From Marsupella aquatica (lineage: Eukaryota; Plantae; Marchantiophyta): 64,000 nucleotides of DNA. Position 1 is the stretch's first letter. Every line of letters begins with the position of its first letter. The notes under the pieces were generated by a model, which saw only the letters and a program-made list of their open reading frames with translations, had not been told where the DNA came from and did no database searches. The stretch is taken from positions 62,001 to 126,000 of the forward strand of contig OZ316896.1 of assembly GCA_973895155.1 (NCBI GenBank), given 5' to 3'. A program made the position numbers and the translations under genes. Below, piece by piece: positions 11,448 to 29,249 of this stretch.

Positions 11448-11655
11448 GGAGTAAGGAAGGACCATAAACACATACATAGGGGTTCTCAAATATAGACCCG
11501 GAGTAAGGAAGGACCATAAACATATACATAGGGGTTCTCAAATATAGACCCGGAGGTTACACAAGGCACAACAGGTCGGCAACGGATAACATTGGGAGGT
11601 CTCAAATATAGGCCCGGGGGTTTACACAAGGCACAACTGGTCGGGAACGGATCAA
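11448..11655 (+). repeat. Short tandem duplications (about 52-bp and 64-bp units) sharing a TCTCAAATATAG(A/G)CCCGG core
   Basis: Core occurs three times; GGAGTAAGGAAGGACCATAAAC twice; TTACACAAGGCACAAC twice. Confidence 0.8.
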
Positions 11656-12120
11656 CTCCTTGTCTGCCGACCGAGGCGGCCGTCGGCATAAAGAGTCCGA
11701 GCATTCGGTATACTGGTCTGTTCGGCATACCCTCAAGTGAGGCGGATTCGCTAGCAGTCTGGTTTGGAAATTTTGAGGTGGTGAATCGTTGCATGTTTAA
11801 TTGATTGTCATGATACACTGCGGATCAAATGGCCTTACATCGTGCGTTTGCAGGATTTGGACTGGGTTTTCGGTGATCCAGGGTTTGGTGGATGGTGAGT
11901 TTCACGGCCTTGTACCGTAGTTTTCATCCTTGTGGTGCTCTTTCCTCTGTCGCTTCCTCTGTTGCTACGATTTCTGTCAACCCGAGGGTTTCGTTTCTGC
12001 TTGTCATTTGTATGTGCTTTCTTTTGTTATAACTTGCGTTTGTGGCTGTCTTGTCTCTGCCTGGTTTCATAGCATATATCTTAAGAAGTAAGCAGTATAT
12101 TGTTCAGCCTGCAAGATCCA

Positions 12121-14235
12121 ATGGCGAGTGGTGAAGAAGAAAATGTTATGAACCTGCTTCGGAGAACTATTGATGACGAACGGCAACTGCGAGACATTAC
12201 TGCGAAATTACGCCGTGCGCTGGTCGGAGTACCTTTGTTGCTAGAGTTGTCGGAATTGGAGCTCGAAACCTTAATCCAGCGCGTGTTCCCAGTGGCACCT
12301 GACGGATTGGAAATCGCAATTAAGTGTGCAATTCGGCTTCAAAAAGGAAACTCTACGGATGGTAATTCCAACTGAATTTCACAGCAATGTGTTTCTCGTC
12401 AGTATCTTCTGGTTCTTGTTCTGGTTTGTCTTTTCGTTGAGTTTTTTCCTTTGAGCACCCCTCTGTTGCTGCTTTGTTTTCTTTGCTGAAAAGTGATCAA
12501 GGGTATCATGGACAGCAGCTGTCGCCCTTGCTCTGGCATTTGTTTGGAAAGCACTTTTGCAATTACAGGTGTCCTGTGTCTTCCTGCTTTGCTAACCGAT
12601 AAAGCATTTCTGCCGGAATCGTGCCAAATTTGTAGACTCCTTGCTCGAGTGATTATTGGATGACTTTCCTGTTTTTCTCTTCCTCTTCAACACTTCGTGA
12701 TTGGTGTGTACGCAGAGGGAGCGCGACTTTCAAAGAAGGCAAAACTTTCAAAGAAGGCAAAAGCTAATATTGAAGCTAGAGAGCGCTATTTTGGGAAACT
12801 GTTGGAACCACCTCCGACGCTCCCACGAAGTGCCCTTGAACTCTCGGAGTTTTTGTCCCAGACACCAGTACCGCTCCCAATTCGCAATCTTGTAAAATTC
12901 AAGAAAATATGCTCTTCTGAGCTGGTGGAGCTTGATATTCCCGCAGTGGCGGGAGAGTTGGCAACCTTCTGCGACAGTGCGTTCGGAGAGATAATGCGTC
13001 ATTGTCCAGGCAATGAGGCCACGAGCTCACATGAATTGGCTAAACTCACTGGAGATTTCATCTCATTATTAAATGACGAGGCTCCAGCAAACGCAAAATT
13101 ACAAGGTTTGGTCTGGTTACTGGATTCACCCAATCCCTCGACTACTACTCCAGCATCGCGACCACTAAAACCGCTTTTAAGACCAGATTTTCAGCTGTTT
13201 GTGAGGGATTGTCTCATTCTCCGATGGGAGAATAAGACAGACCCGGCACTTCGGCACGAGGCTGCAGGTGAGAACACCTCAAAATTAAAGGCATGGAGCC
13301 CTTTGTTCTATGGTAAGCTCCCTTATGTGATTGGTGGTTGCTCCGGTGGAAGGCAGTTTCAATGGCTGAAGCTCTATCCGCGAGGCAAGGAAATTCTTTG
13401 TGAAAGTATCTCACAACTCTATGACTTGAATATGTTGAGCGATGTAGCCAAGTTCCTACATAGCACCATTCGGATGCACTGTCTCCTACAGAAACTACAG
13501 GAAGAACTGGATAGTGACATCCCCTTGGCATTATATAAGCCAATAGCAAGAGTTTATGGTGGAGCAGTGACGATCTATCCTGACTGCGTGACGAAGGAAA
13601 TCCCAGGATTGACGAAAGAGAAGGTGACCGCGATAGAATGCCTGTATGAAAAAATCGCTGGCTCCAGGTACCTGATCCAACTTATATCCGTCCGACGATC
13701 CAAGGCTAGAACAGTATTGCGACTACAACCTGTTGGTGACCCATATGCAAAGCCTAAGGATTGCAAGGATTTAGTAAATGCCACGCATGACATGTTATGC
13801 GGCCTTGCGGACTTGCACATGAAAGGCTACACCCACAGGGACATAAGGTGGCCCAACGTTATCAAAGTAAATGATTTGGATGAATGGAAATGGGTGATCA
13901 TAGACTTGGAAGCTGCTGGAGACGACAATGAAGTATGGGTTGGTGAGGACTTAACGGGTTGGGATGCGGAAACGTTGGAAGAAGACAATGACAAAAGGAA
14001 AAGGAAAAGGAAAAGGAAAAGGAAAAGATACACCAAGGGATCGGACATGTACCAACTCGGGAAACTTATAGCTGAATGGCTCGATGACTTTTCTAACGGC
14101 GGTAAGGAAGAACGTCAATTGATGAGATCCCGGGCAAAACAAATGCAGCAGGAACGTACAGCAGCAGCGAAGATGCTTGAGGATATCTGCAAGAAACGTT
14201 GCGAACGATGTCGCGTGTTTGGCAGAAAGCTGTAG
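12121..14235 (+). CDS. Two-exon Crinkler/RHS-type protein: helical header, PD-(D/E)XK-like REase domain, protein kinase (exons 12121-12361 and 12716-14235, about 586 aa)
   Basis: Phase-1 GT donor at 12362 matches the AG acceptor at 12714-12715; LRPDF...RWENK nuclease-like motif; W.PLFYG.LPY; kinase HRDIRWPNV, IIDLE, SDMYQLG. Confidence 0.8.
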
Positions 14236-14455
14236 ACAGGATTCTGATACTCGTAGCAGTAACTCATTGGAAGGTGATCTGCTTTCCCTGAAATTCGTGT
14301 TCTTCCATATTTGTTGAGTTCTGTCAACTCGATTGCTGTTGATTGGCATCAACTGTCTCACCTTGGCGAAGAGGAGACTGCCCTATGTTTTTTCTTCTCC
14401 AAATCTTCATTGACAGACAGATGCAATAACAAAACCCAATTGTAGACTTCCGCAG

Positions 14456-14770
14456 GTTTCAAAGGCGAAAGTGAAGCCGCTTTACATCTACTCTGATAGC
14501 ATGCTGCTCATCCGCTCCATGACTGAATGGATTCCGGGATGGATAGCACGAGGATGGGTCAAAGCTGATGGAGCCCCCGTTTTGAACAGTGATTTGTTGA
14601 AGTGGTTGCTGAGGGAGCAGGGTGAACGACGCATCTTCTGGACGCATGTCCTGGCGCACACAAATGGAAGAGACTGGAAGTCGAAATGGAATGATTTAGC
14701 AGATCAGATGGCCAAGGAACAGGCGCATCAACAGACGGGAGATAGTTTATGCTGTGGAGCTGTGATGTAG
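14456..14770 (+). pseudogene. C-terminal half of a type-I (cellular-like) RNase H, as an orphan exon
   Basis: IYSDS, W...W...GW....G.PV.N.DL, HV.AH, WNDLAD.MAK motifs; CAG acceptor at 14453-14455. Confidence 0.75.
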
Positions 14771-15671
14771 TCGATTTTGCTGTATGACAATCATCGAGCT
14801 GAGCATCGGGGAGCAATGAGGCGATTGGGCCAGTTAACAAAGTGTGAACTGTGCGTCTGCATTCGATTGCAAAGATTTCCTTTTTTTGGCGAAGCGATAC
14901 GTGTATCATGTTTAGCGCGATGGTATGATCGAGTCGAAGGGATAATATTGGAGCTCCCTTAGTGTTTGGATAACTTTTAGGACTCATCCTCGGGATATGA
15001 AATGTAGATAACGTAAAGAGTAGGACTGACTGTAGAGGTCTCGCGATTGTGTCGTCCAGAACAATCTTCCAGAAAATGCTTCTTCTAAACGATTTCGTTT
15101 ACTTTCTTTCGTCTTGGGCTCACTCATAGAATCAATACCGACTGCACCGATGTGGGTATCATTCCCATTTTGATATCGATGATTTATTGTAAAGTTTCGA
15201 TCGACTTTGTAGTTTCCAACTTGCAAGTGTCGAGAATCTCGGGTTGGTCACTAGGCGCATTGTGTGATGTTTTTACAACTCACTAGACCTGAATTAGATA
15301 GGCGCCCATGGAGTCTTTGCTAGGAAGTGGTTGTTTTTACATGATTCTTGACCAAAATGCATTCCCATGTCCAGAGAATGCATTCTCAAGTAATTCGTTC
15401 GAATGAGCGGTCACGTCACACTTGCTTGGTATGAAAATGGTGCAAAGCTTGGAGACAACAATTGGAATACCATCCATAATCCAATGCGCCATTCTGGGTC
15501 CAGACCAATGACAGCTTTCAAGAAGGAAAGGGCATAACATAAACAGCGCACTCAGATAGATATCCTGTCAATCTGAAGACAAGATGCTCACAAGGATGCG
15601 ACAGATTAGAGAATGTAGAATGCAAAATTCTCATTTAAAAAATTATGAGAGAAGGCCATTAGGCGAATTCT

Positions 15672-20961
<5,290 letters not shown>

Positions 20962-21295
20962 TATAACAAGGTGAGAAGAAATTCACTACATTTGGAATTA
21001 TCCTTGGGTTTTTCTAGGCCGCCAGATTTTCCAGAATGGACCTAGAAGCCTAAGTTGAAAACTCATGAGAGCTCAAACAGTTGGACCTGATGAAGTGAAG
21101 CATGCAATTAATAGAGCACTGGCTAACAAAGAGGACAGTGCACATTAATGGTCACAAGGCAAGTTGCAAACCATCGAATTGCTTAGATTGACGGATGGAA
21201 TCAAATGTTGATAATTATCAGGTTGTACTGGAAGTTTGTCAGACTTTCATTTAGCATTTCATAGTGGCACCTCTGTGCTACTAGGGATCGCCATC

Positions 21296-22870
21296 TTCTT
21301 TTCTTTTTCTTTTACAACCAAGTGCCCCACAAGGGTGGCGCCAAAATGAGGGAGGTGCACCCCAACACACCACTCCAGGGACAAACGCCACCCAGGGAGG
21401 AACACACCAAGGCCCAGGCAGGACAAAAAGTCCAACCCGGAAAGTCCAAGACTAGTCATGTCAAGCAATCAAAAGCAACCACCAAACCATGGCCAACTCC
21501 TGATCCCAGCGGCTGGTACACCCCGGGTACACCAGGGCTCTCTGCTACTACTCTCCCTAAGATGTATACCATACCTGGTCAGCTGCAAGATCCTATCTAC
21601 TTTCCTCATCTTCAACTCCAAGCGAGACTGGACTATGAGTCTGTTCCCGAGGTTTCAGCACGACCTGGAGTAGCTCAATGACATCTTTGACCTGCTTAGC
21701 TTTCTTAGCAGAATGACAGAAGCCTATCATGGATTCCAACGTCAAGTTAGTGTTATGGAAGACCACCCAATCCGGACATATCCCAAGAAATTGAGAGTAG
21801 GTGGGTTTGTTTGTTTCTTTCCATATGTTGTGGCATAATTCCATGATTCCATTCATACTTCAAAATTGCACTGTCAATGGCCTTAAACATTGTACTGGTA
21901 GTCACCTTAAGTGCAGGAGAACCTAGCACTAGTTGTTGGATCTCTCTCCACCCTCGTCTCCACCTCTTTGTAACTTTGTTTCAACTGAAGAAAAGGTGTT
22001 GAGTATGCTCAAAGCATGATATACACCTGGAGAAGATACCATCACACAACTTCCAATGGCTTCCCCTCCCATTTGTGAAGAAAATGTGATTCAATAAGAG
22101 CCAAAAAATGAACCTCACCTTAGGCATGGACCAACCTCCCTACAAATTCTTCCATTGTGTGTGTCAACATTTCGATATGCTGAATTGTTGATGACCAAGA
22201 TGGGAAGCTTGTTGACGACCAAGATGGGAAGCGAGCAGTTCACACAGGTCATATTGGGGAAGCACCAACCTCGTTTCTGCCTTTCCATTCCCACTGCCAT
22301 CTATCACACTCCTGTAGGCTGTTTGCACTAAGGCCAGGGCCAACATATTTTTTAGGTGTGAATTTTTGCCAAAGCCACCTCCCCAAAACTGTTTGCCACT
22401 GTTGGCAAAAACTTGTTAGATTTTGTGTCTTTCCTTCGCCACTTTCCCACCAAATCATGGACCCCATTTGCTAGAATCTAACTGTTGTTCATAAATAGAG
22501 GGAAATTTGACAGTCAGGAAATAATCCTGGAATTTTGATAAAGAATATTCTTAGCATTTCTTCCCTTAGAGAGGTTGACATTTGCCACATTGGCTAAAAA
22601 CAAAAAACCTTAAAAAGTAGGCTGACCAGGGCACAACTTGACCTTACAATAGAACCTAATAAATTAAGCCTACCCATTGGGTCTGTTGTTTCTCACCTTG
22701 CTATGAATAATCTCCTCATCAATCCAACCAAGCTATGGTGAGCACAGGTCAGTGATCTTCTTGATGCATCTAGGAGGGCGTGTCAAAGCACAGTTGTACA
22801 TGAGTTACGGCTCAGGACATAAAAGTCACTTACCGTTAGGACATAATGAGCTGGTGATTGCTTTTGTATT
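21296..22870 (-). mobile_element. Degenerate LINE 3' fragment (region C-terminal to RT) with A-rich tail
   Basis: Broken frames with WLWQ, C..IWKE.N and zf-RVT-like residues; T-rich tract at 21296-21313 on the + strand. Confidence 0.5.
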
Positions 22871-22919
22871 AGCTGGTGACATCACAACTACATTTCTTGA
22901 GGGTTTAACATAATCTGAG

Positions 22920-23290
22920 TTGACGCTTTACTCGACGTAAACTTGCCCCGAAGCAAAGTCGATTTTGGCGACGTGAAACTGGGCACGTTAAGAGCCCAGA
23001 CCCAGACGATCTCATTAATGTCGTCTACCACGACGTTAGTTACCTCATTTTATGCGACGTAATCTGATGGACGTAGTAAATAACAACGTTCCAATGGGAA
23101 GAGTTTAGTCAGACAATTCCAGTAATTTACGTCCGTAAATACGACGTTATACTTAATAACGTCCTGTATAATGTGTTTACACGAGGCCTTAAAAAGGACG
23201 TTTAGGCTAGCGTGTGTCTTTAGTCAGGACGTAATGTTGGTCTTTTGGAAAGACGTAATTAATTCAACATTGCCAAATAAGACGTCTGCT
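22920..23290. repeat. Cluster of more than 10 (G)ACGT-core motifs, resembling DNA-transposon subterminal repeats
   Basis: Repeated gacgta, gacgtt and aacgtc in both orientations. Confidence 0.55.
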
Positions 23291-23558
23291 TCTTCCCATA
23301 GACGAGGTATATATACTAACATTATCTGGCTTTTGTGGGGTTATACTGACCTATGATATTGTTTAGGGCTCCATGGTTATGTGGGAGGGTTGTGCATTTT
23401 AGGGGGTAGGGAATACATACAACATACACAATCAAGTGTTCAAGATCAATACATGCCCATTGTACACAATTCAATCCTGGAATGTGGCACCACTACATAT
23501 GGGTGAGATCAAAATTGAATTGGGAGATTTACAAAATTCAGGAGGAAGTCCTGCAAAG

Positions 23559-23952
23559 AAACCCTAAACCCTAAACCCTAATGTCGCTGAGAGTGGCTCC
23601 TGTTCCGTCCAGACCTACGAAGGGACCTCTCTTGCGCACCTCCTGACTGTCCGCCTCGACTGCGCAACTCAAACCTCTGCTCATCCTCATTTGAGCTACT
23701 ACTACTGGAGGACAAAGGATCTGTCTGCTCCGCACCCTTGCCTCTAGTGTCACGGGATCTCCTGGTGGAGTCCCTGTGGACATGGCTCCTCGTCCTCCCT
23801 CTCTCTCTCTCTCCTTCCCTCATCTCTCTCTCTCCCTCCCTCTATCTCTCCCTCTCTCCCTCCCTCTATCTCTCCCTCCCTCCCTCACCTCTCTCCCTCC
23901 CTCACCTCTCTCTCTCCCTCCCTCTATCTCTCCCTCCCTCACCTCTCTCTCT
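23559..23952 (+). repeat. (AAACCCT)-like telomeric-type run (23559-23581) and CT microsatellite (23795-23952)
   Basis: Read directly from the sequence. Confidence 0.85.
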
Positions 23953-24919
23953 GTCACGAGCCTGTGTGCCTGCACTGCCCTGTTGCCCACAAGTTAGAGG
24001 TGTCTCCTCCTGGGTACCCTCCTCATTGGGTACAATGTCCGTCTGCTCATCCTCTATGATGGCCCGTGCCACTAACCCCTCAGGAGGAGTCCAATCCACC
24101 TGCACATGACATATTGCTTGTATCAATACATGCCCACACAATAGAGCTTATACAACTAGCATTGCCAAGGAATGTTTTTGGATTCCTACTTACAGGGAAC
24201 TCTTCTGGGGTGGAATCCAACTTGGCCCACAATGCCGCAGGGCCATACCGCTTGGAAGTCGCGGAACTCGACTACCTCAACACTTAGCTCCGGCGTCGTT
24301 GACTCCGACGCCGAGCTCCCTTATGGTCCAGGCCCGAATAGGCCATCCGGGGAGGACTTAGCATGGGGAGACTAGTGAGCATTGGGAAGTGGCACTGGCG
24401 AAGGCATGGCGTCAAGCTGGTGACACACACTAAGGACCTTGGCGAGCCGAGTGCTAGCCGGGTCAAGCGGGATAAGGGTTGGGCTCAAGGTCGACCGTCC
24501 GGGCCACCGGACGGACTTTGAGTTCTGAGGGCTTGAGTATGAGCTCCTCTCGGGCCCAAGGCCAATGGAGTTGACTCCAGTGGTAACGGACACTTGGGGC
24601 GCAAGTTATGGCCCAATCCGGGTTGGGCCGATCGGGGGCCCCGAGCGGCAATCAGACTTGAGGGCCTAGGCATGAGCACCAGGTCGGCCTGGTCACAATG
24701 GGCTAAGGCACTCCATTTGCGGATGCCTAACAAGAAAGTTATGGGCGTTGCCAGTTGGTGGCGCGCCCGCTATGCGAAATAGGAATCGGGTTGTATGCCA
24801 AATAATGAGGACCAAAGCTGGTCTGGGGGTGGCAGGTCCCCAGAAGCATATATGAGGGGAGTGGTGTCTCCCTGGGGGCCAAGGGCGAGCCCAAGTCGTG
24901 AGCCACGGCGGTCGCAACA

Positions 24920-25732
24920 CTAAGGGGAGACGCCAAACGGAAACGACGATATCTTCCCAACGGGAAGTCCGTTGGAGGACTTCTTGGGTGCGTTGGAAAG
25001 CTCTTGAGGTGGGCTACGACCTCCTGAGCTCAGCTGGGTCTGGGGGCGCCATGGGTTCTCGGGGAAAGCGGGTGTTAGTTCGCCCGCTTGCCAAATCCCA
25101 CCGAACAGCAGCCAAGCCGCGTTCAGTCTCCCTAGGGAGCTTGCGTTGGCAAGGCAAGGCCAAGTAGGTGGGAGGTTGAGCCCCAATGGTGTTTGGCCCC
25201 TAGACCATCAACGGGGCGATCGGGAGTTGGATGCTAGAGTTGGGGCCATTCTGGTCCTGGCGCGTTGGGACAAGCTTTGGGACAATTTTGGGCCATGAGC
25301 ATGTCCTGAGGTCAGGGCGGTCAGTTGGTGATGGATAGGTATGAGGGGTAACCCGGGCCGCGCCCAAGGAAGGAGCTGTTCTGGACGAACAGTGGGCGTG
25401 GGTTCTGGTTCCGACTCATGGCATCGGGAGGACCTATCGCTGACCTACTTACCAAACGTCTGTTGAGCTTGAGTTAGGATGCTAGACTTGGTGAGTTCTA
25501 GATCCTGAAGGGTTACTTACCAAAGTGCTTGGTTGGTGGTGCAGACTGTGAGGACCGTTGAGTAGCGGTCGTATTAGAGAGCAAGTGCGGCTTCGTATGG
25601 GAGTGGCCGCGGGTGGTGCAAAAAGGGCACTAAGGTGCTTGCTTGAGGTATTCCGTGGAGGCGTTCGGGCACCAGGGGCACTTAGGTGTGAGTGTCGGGA
25701 TTGGTGAGGGCGTCGGGTGGCAAGGTCCACCA
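24920..25732 (+). mobile_element. 5' LTR (3' portion; start undefined) of a chromovirus-type Gypsy element
   Basis: Ends CCACCA, followed by a Met PBS; inverted homologue at 42771-43231 plus 47229 to about 47490. Confidence 0.75.
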
Positions 25733-25736
25733 CTTG

Positions 25737-25748
25737 TGGTATCAGAGC
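25737..25748 (+). promoter_or_regulatory. PBS for tRNA-iMet (TGGTATCAGAGC)
   Basis: Canonical sequence, 4 nt after the LTR end. Confidence 0.9.
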
Positions 25749-25873
25749 GATTGCTGGCATAGACATCGGGCCGGGGTTGTATTAAGTCGGAATCCAAAAA
25801 TCTTAACTGATTTTTGCGGGGACTTAGTGCTTCAACGTGCCCGGCGGGTCGACTGCGGGCAGATTCGGTCACT

Positions 25874-28427
25874 ATGGACATGGCAAAAAACACTCGTTCA
25901 AAGAGTGGCAAACAGGCTCCCCCCACCAAGGGGAGAACCCAAGTTCCAGAGGAAATAAAGGAGGACGGGTCAACTTCCCTAGATGAGCGTTATAAGCAGG
26001 ATGATGAGGATGTGGCGGCCGAACCGTCGGCTACCACGGCAAACACGTCAAGCGAGGAGTGCCATCAACTTAAAGGGAAGGAGGTGGCCGAGCCTTTAGA
26101 GGACGGGTCGAGCAATGACGACACCGACTCAAGTGCAAGTGACGACGATGCGGATGCAAAATCGAAGGAAGAGGGTCAGGACCTGGAAGAGGAACTGGTC
26201 CCAGCCTTGAGAGGGTTGAACGCGGAACCAAAAGATGATGTTGAGTCGGACGTCATCGTGGATAATTTGACTAAGCAGAACCAGGGTGGTAAGGGTGATG
26301 CCTCAGCCCCGGGAGGTCATGGTGCTCACAAAGCGCGGGGAGTATCACCAAAATCCACAAAGGAACCTAAGGATAGGCGACCCGCAAAGGAAAGACGGTG
26401 GGAGGACCGTCCTCACACAACCCGCAAGGGCCCAGCCGCTGACGAAGGATTGGGTCCGTTGACCCAAGACCAGCGACTCATTTATGAGCAGCTGGAACAC
26501 AACAAGGGGGCCCAGATTAAGTATTTACTTAGTCTGGGTAGTCAGAGTGCAACACGTCCCAAAGGGGGAATGGTAGTTGGACGGAGTATGTTCCAAGTGA
26601 ACCAGTTACCGACTCCTCCAACTTATGACGGGGCCTACGAGCAAAGTTGACAAAATTTCCTGAGTTGGCTCTCACGATGGAGATTCATCTCCAAGTGTGC
26701 GTTGAGCGATCCACTTGGGCTACCGCAGCTGCTCCTTACCTGAAGGATCGATTATGCCTTGACTTGGTATAAGTCATGGAAGAAGTCGAGGGAAGACTCC
26801 TCCTTGCCTTTATCTTGGGAAAACCTGGTTGAGGGTCTCTGTGCTCATGTCACCACTAAGTACCCAGAGCGGCACGCTCAGAAATGTGTAACGGAGATGA
26901 GCTTCAGGGGTGATATCCAAAAGTTCATCACCTATTACCAGAATCAGTTGGCGTGTATCCCGGCGGGGCAAGAGACCCTACATACGCAGCTTCACAACTT
27001 TATAGTGAAGCTCCTGCCGTTGCTCAGGGAAAAGTTGCAGGAAAAGCGTCAGGAAAAGCGTCATGACTTTAAAACGCTTTCTGACGCCTTTGACAAGGCC
27101 ACTACGTTGGTTAATAACCGGCCGGACTTGGCGAAGGTGGGTGGCAAGGGATCCGAGGGGGAAGCTGGGAAAGCAAAAGGTCCCGGGAATAAGCGCAAGC
27201 AACCAGAGGGGGCGGGGGCCGGTGGTTCGGATCCCCAGCCCTAGAATGGAAATGCAAAACACAACCGGAAAGCCAGCAACTTCAAGAAGGGATCCTCATC
27301 GGCACAGAGAGAAAAGAAGTACGCGCTCACGGAGCAGAGGCGGGCCGAAGGGTCATGCTTCACGTGTGCCGCCATGGGCCATCAAAGTAAGGATGGCACC
27401 ACGAAAGGTGGCAAGCCGAACGGAGATGGGGGGCAGAAGAGCATCAAGGTAAGTATCGCTCTAACCGAACCCTTAGTAACTGACGAGGTCCCTATAGAGG
27501 ATGTTCCTGCCGGTGTGAAAGGGTTGTTGCCAGAGATAGTACCTAAAGTTAAGACAAAGGGTCCTGAAAAGCTGATTTTTGTGAATGTCACTTCTAACGG
27601 TAATCTGGGTGTTGCATTGGTTGATACAGGCGCGACCGCCTGCTTCATAAGTGGGCAGGCGGCGGCACGTCTTGGAGTGGATGTGCAAGAGTTGCTTCAA
27701 CCGTTAGTGTGCAAGTTTGCCAACGACACAAAAGGCATAGTGTCTAGAGTGGTACATAGACTTCGAGTAGAGGTCATAGGCGAACAGCAAAATTTTGGTA
27801 GTCAGGAGATGTTCTACGTTCTAGACGGTCTAGCCGTAGACTTCATTTTGTCGGTAGGCTATCTCAGAAAGCACAATGTTACCTTGAAACCGGGGGATGA
27901 AGTGCTTCATTTTCCCAATAAGGGCGGTGAGCCCATCGTTGTACACGAAATTACCAAAAATAAATAAAGATTTCTTAAAGTAAGTAAAGTGTCGTGGTTG
28001 TCTCCGTGTGTATCGGCGAAGCAATGGTGGAAAGACTTTAAGGGTGGGCATGAATGTTTCTTCTTTCATCTCCACCCAGTCAAGGGGGCTGCTTCGCAGC
28101 CCAAGGCTAAGTCAGCTAAGGTCGGGCCCGACTGCGGTAGAATCCCTGAAATTTTAGAGGAATTCAACGACGTGCTCTCGCAAAAGCTACCTAAAGGTTT
28201 ACCCCCGGGAGAGAAGTGGATCACCAGGTTGAGTTGGAGCCGGGATCGGCTCCTCAGGCTAAAGCTCCTTACCATCTGAACCTGAACGAACGAATGATGT
28301 TGAAGAACGCCTTGGAAGAGTTGATCGACCAAGGGTTCATTCGTCCTAGTAAGAGTCCTTATGGGGTGCCCGCGCTGTTTGTGTCCAAAAAGGATGGTAC
28401 TTTGAGATTGTGCGCAGATTACCGGGC
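25874..28427 (+). pseudogene. gag-pol: Chromovirus-type gag, protease and RT start; frameshifted and truncated
   Basis: CFTC...GH knuckle remnant; ALVDTGAT protease; RT start [31 protein letters not shown], then abrupt loss of homology. Confidence 0.9.
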
Positions 28428-29249
28428 CGGTGGAAAGCATGATTGAAGGGTACCAAAAGGTGCAAAAAGGATTGGGATTTGGCATGGCAGTCCTCAAAAT
28501 CTTTGGCACATGAATGGTCGAGATTAAAAGGATCGTGAGCCGCCAAGGACGTTTTGAATCACTTAGAGACAAAATGTACTTAAGAGTATTTAACGTTATT
28601 GGTGGGCCAAGACTTTATGAGGACTCCAAAATGCGCGGAGTTAGACTCTGCCAATTATTTGAATCCCTCGAGAAGAAGTGCGGCCACGCAAGAAGTGCAG
28701 CCACGCAAGTTTAGTTGTTGCCATTTGACTTGAAGACTTCCCGCTCAGAGAAAGCTTGGGCCACGCATTTCTCCCATTTCTCACTTGTAGCAGTGCTGGT
28801 TTCACTTGGGCGGAGCCCTATCCGCCCACTTCTCTTAGTGCTTCAAGACCTGGGCGAAGCTCGATCCTTTGCTCAACCTTCTCAAGTGCTCAAGTTTCAC
28901 ACGCCGGGAGCGAGCTCTATTCGCAAAGCGCATCATGTGGTAATGGGGGTACTAACGTACTCGATTTGCGAATTGCATCAGGGATTGCTACGCGTTGGGG
29001 GATTCACGAGCTAGTTCAATGCGGTGGAGGATTACTGCTGGTTGGTAGCTGGTTGCTGCTCAGAGGAAACATTGGTGAGTTGAAAGCAGACATCAGAGCC
29101 CGGGACTTGATTTTGTTATCGTGGCTAGAAGGTATTTAGGCTATTGCTCCGTGTAATTTAGTCCATCTTGTGAGGCGTACCTTTACATGTTGTCGGCAGA
29201 GGTCTTATTGAGTGTTTAGTCACAGTTTTTTTGTTTATTCAGGACGAGT

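Noticed and set aside
23559-23581. Telomere or chromosome-healing site
   Set aside because: Only about three imperfect units; AAACCCT teloboxes are scattered throughout the window.
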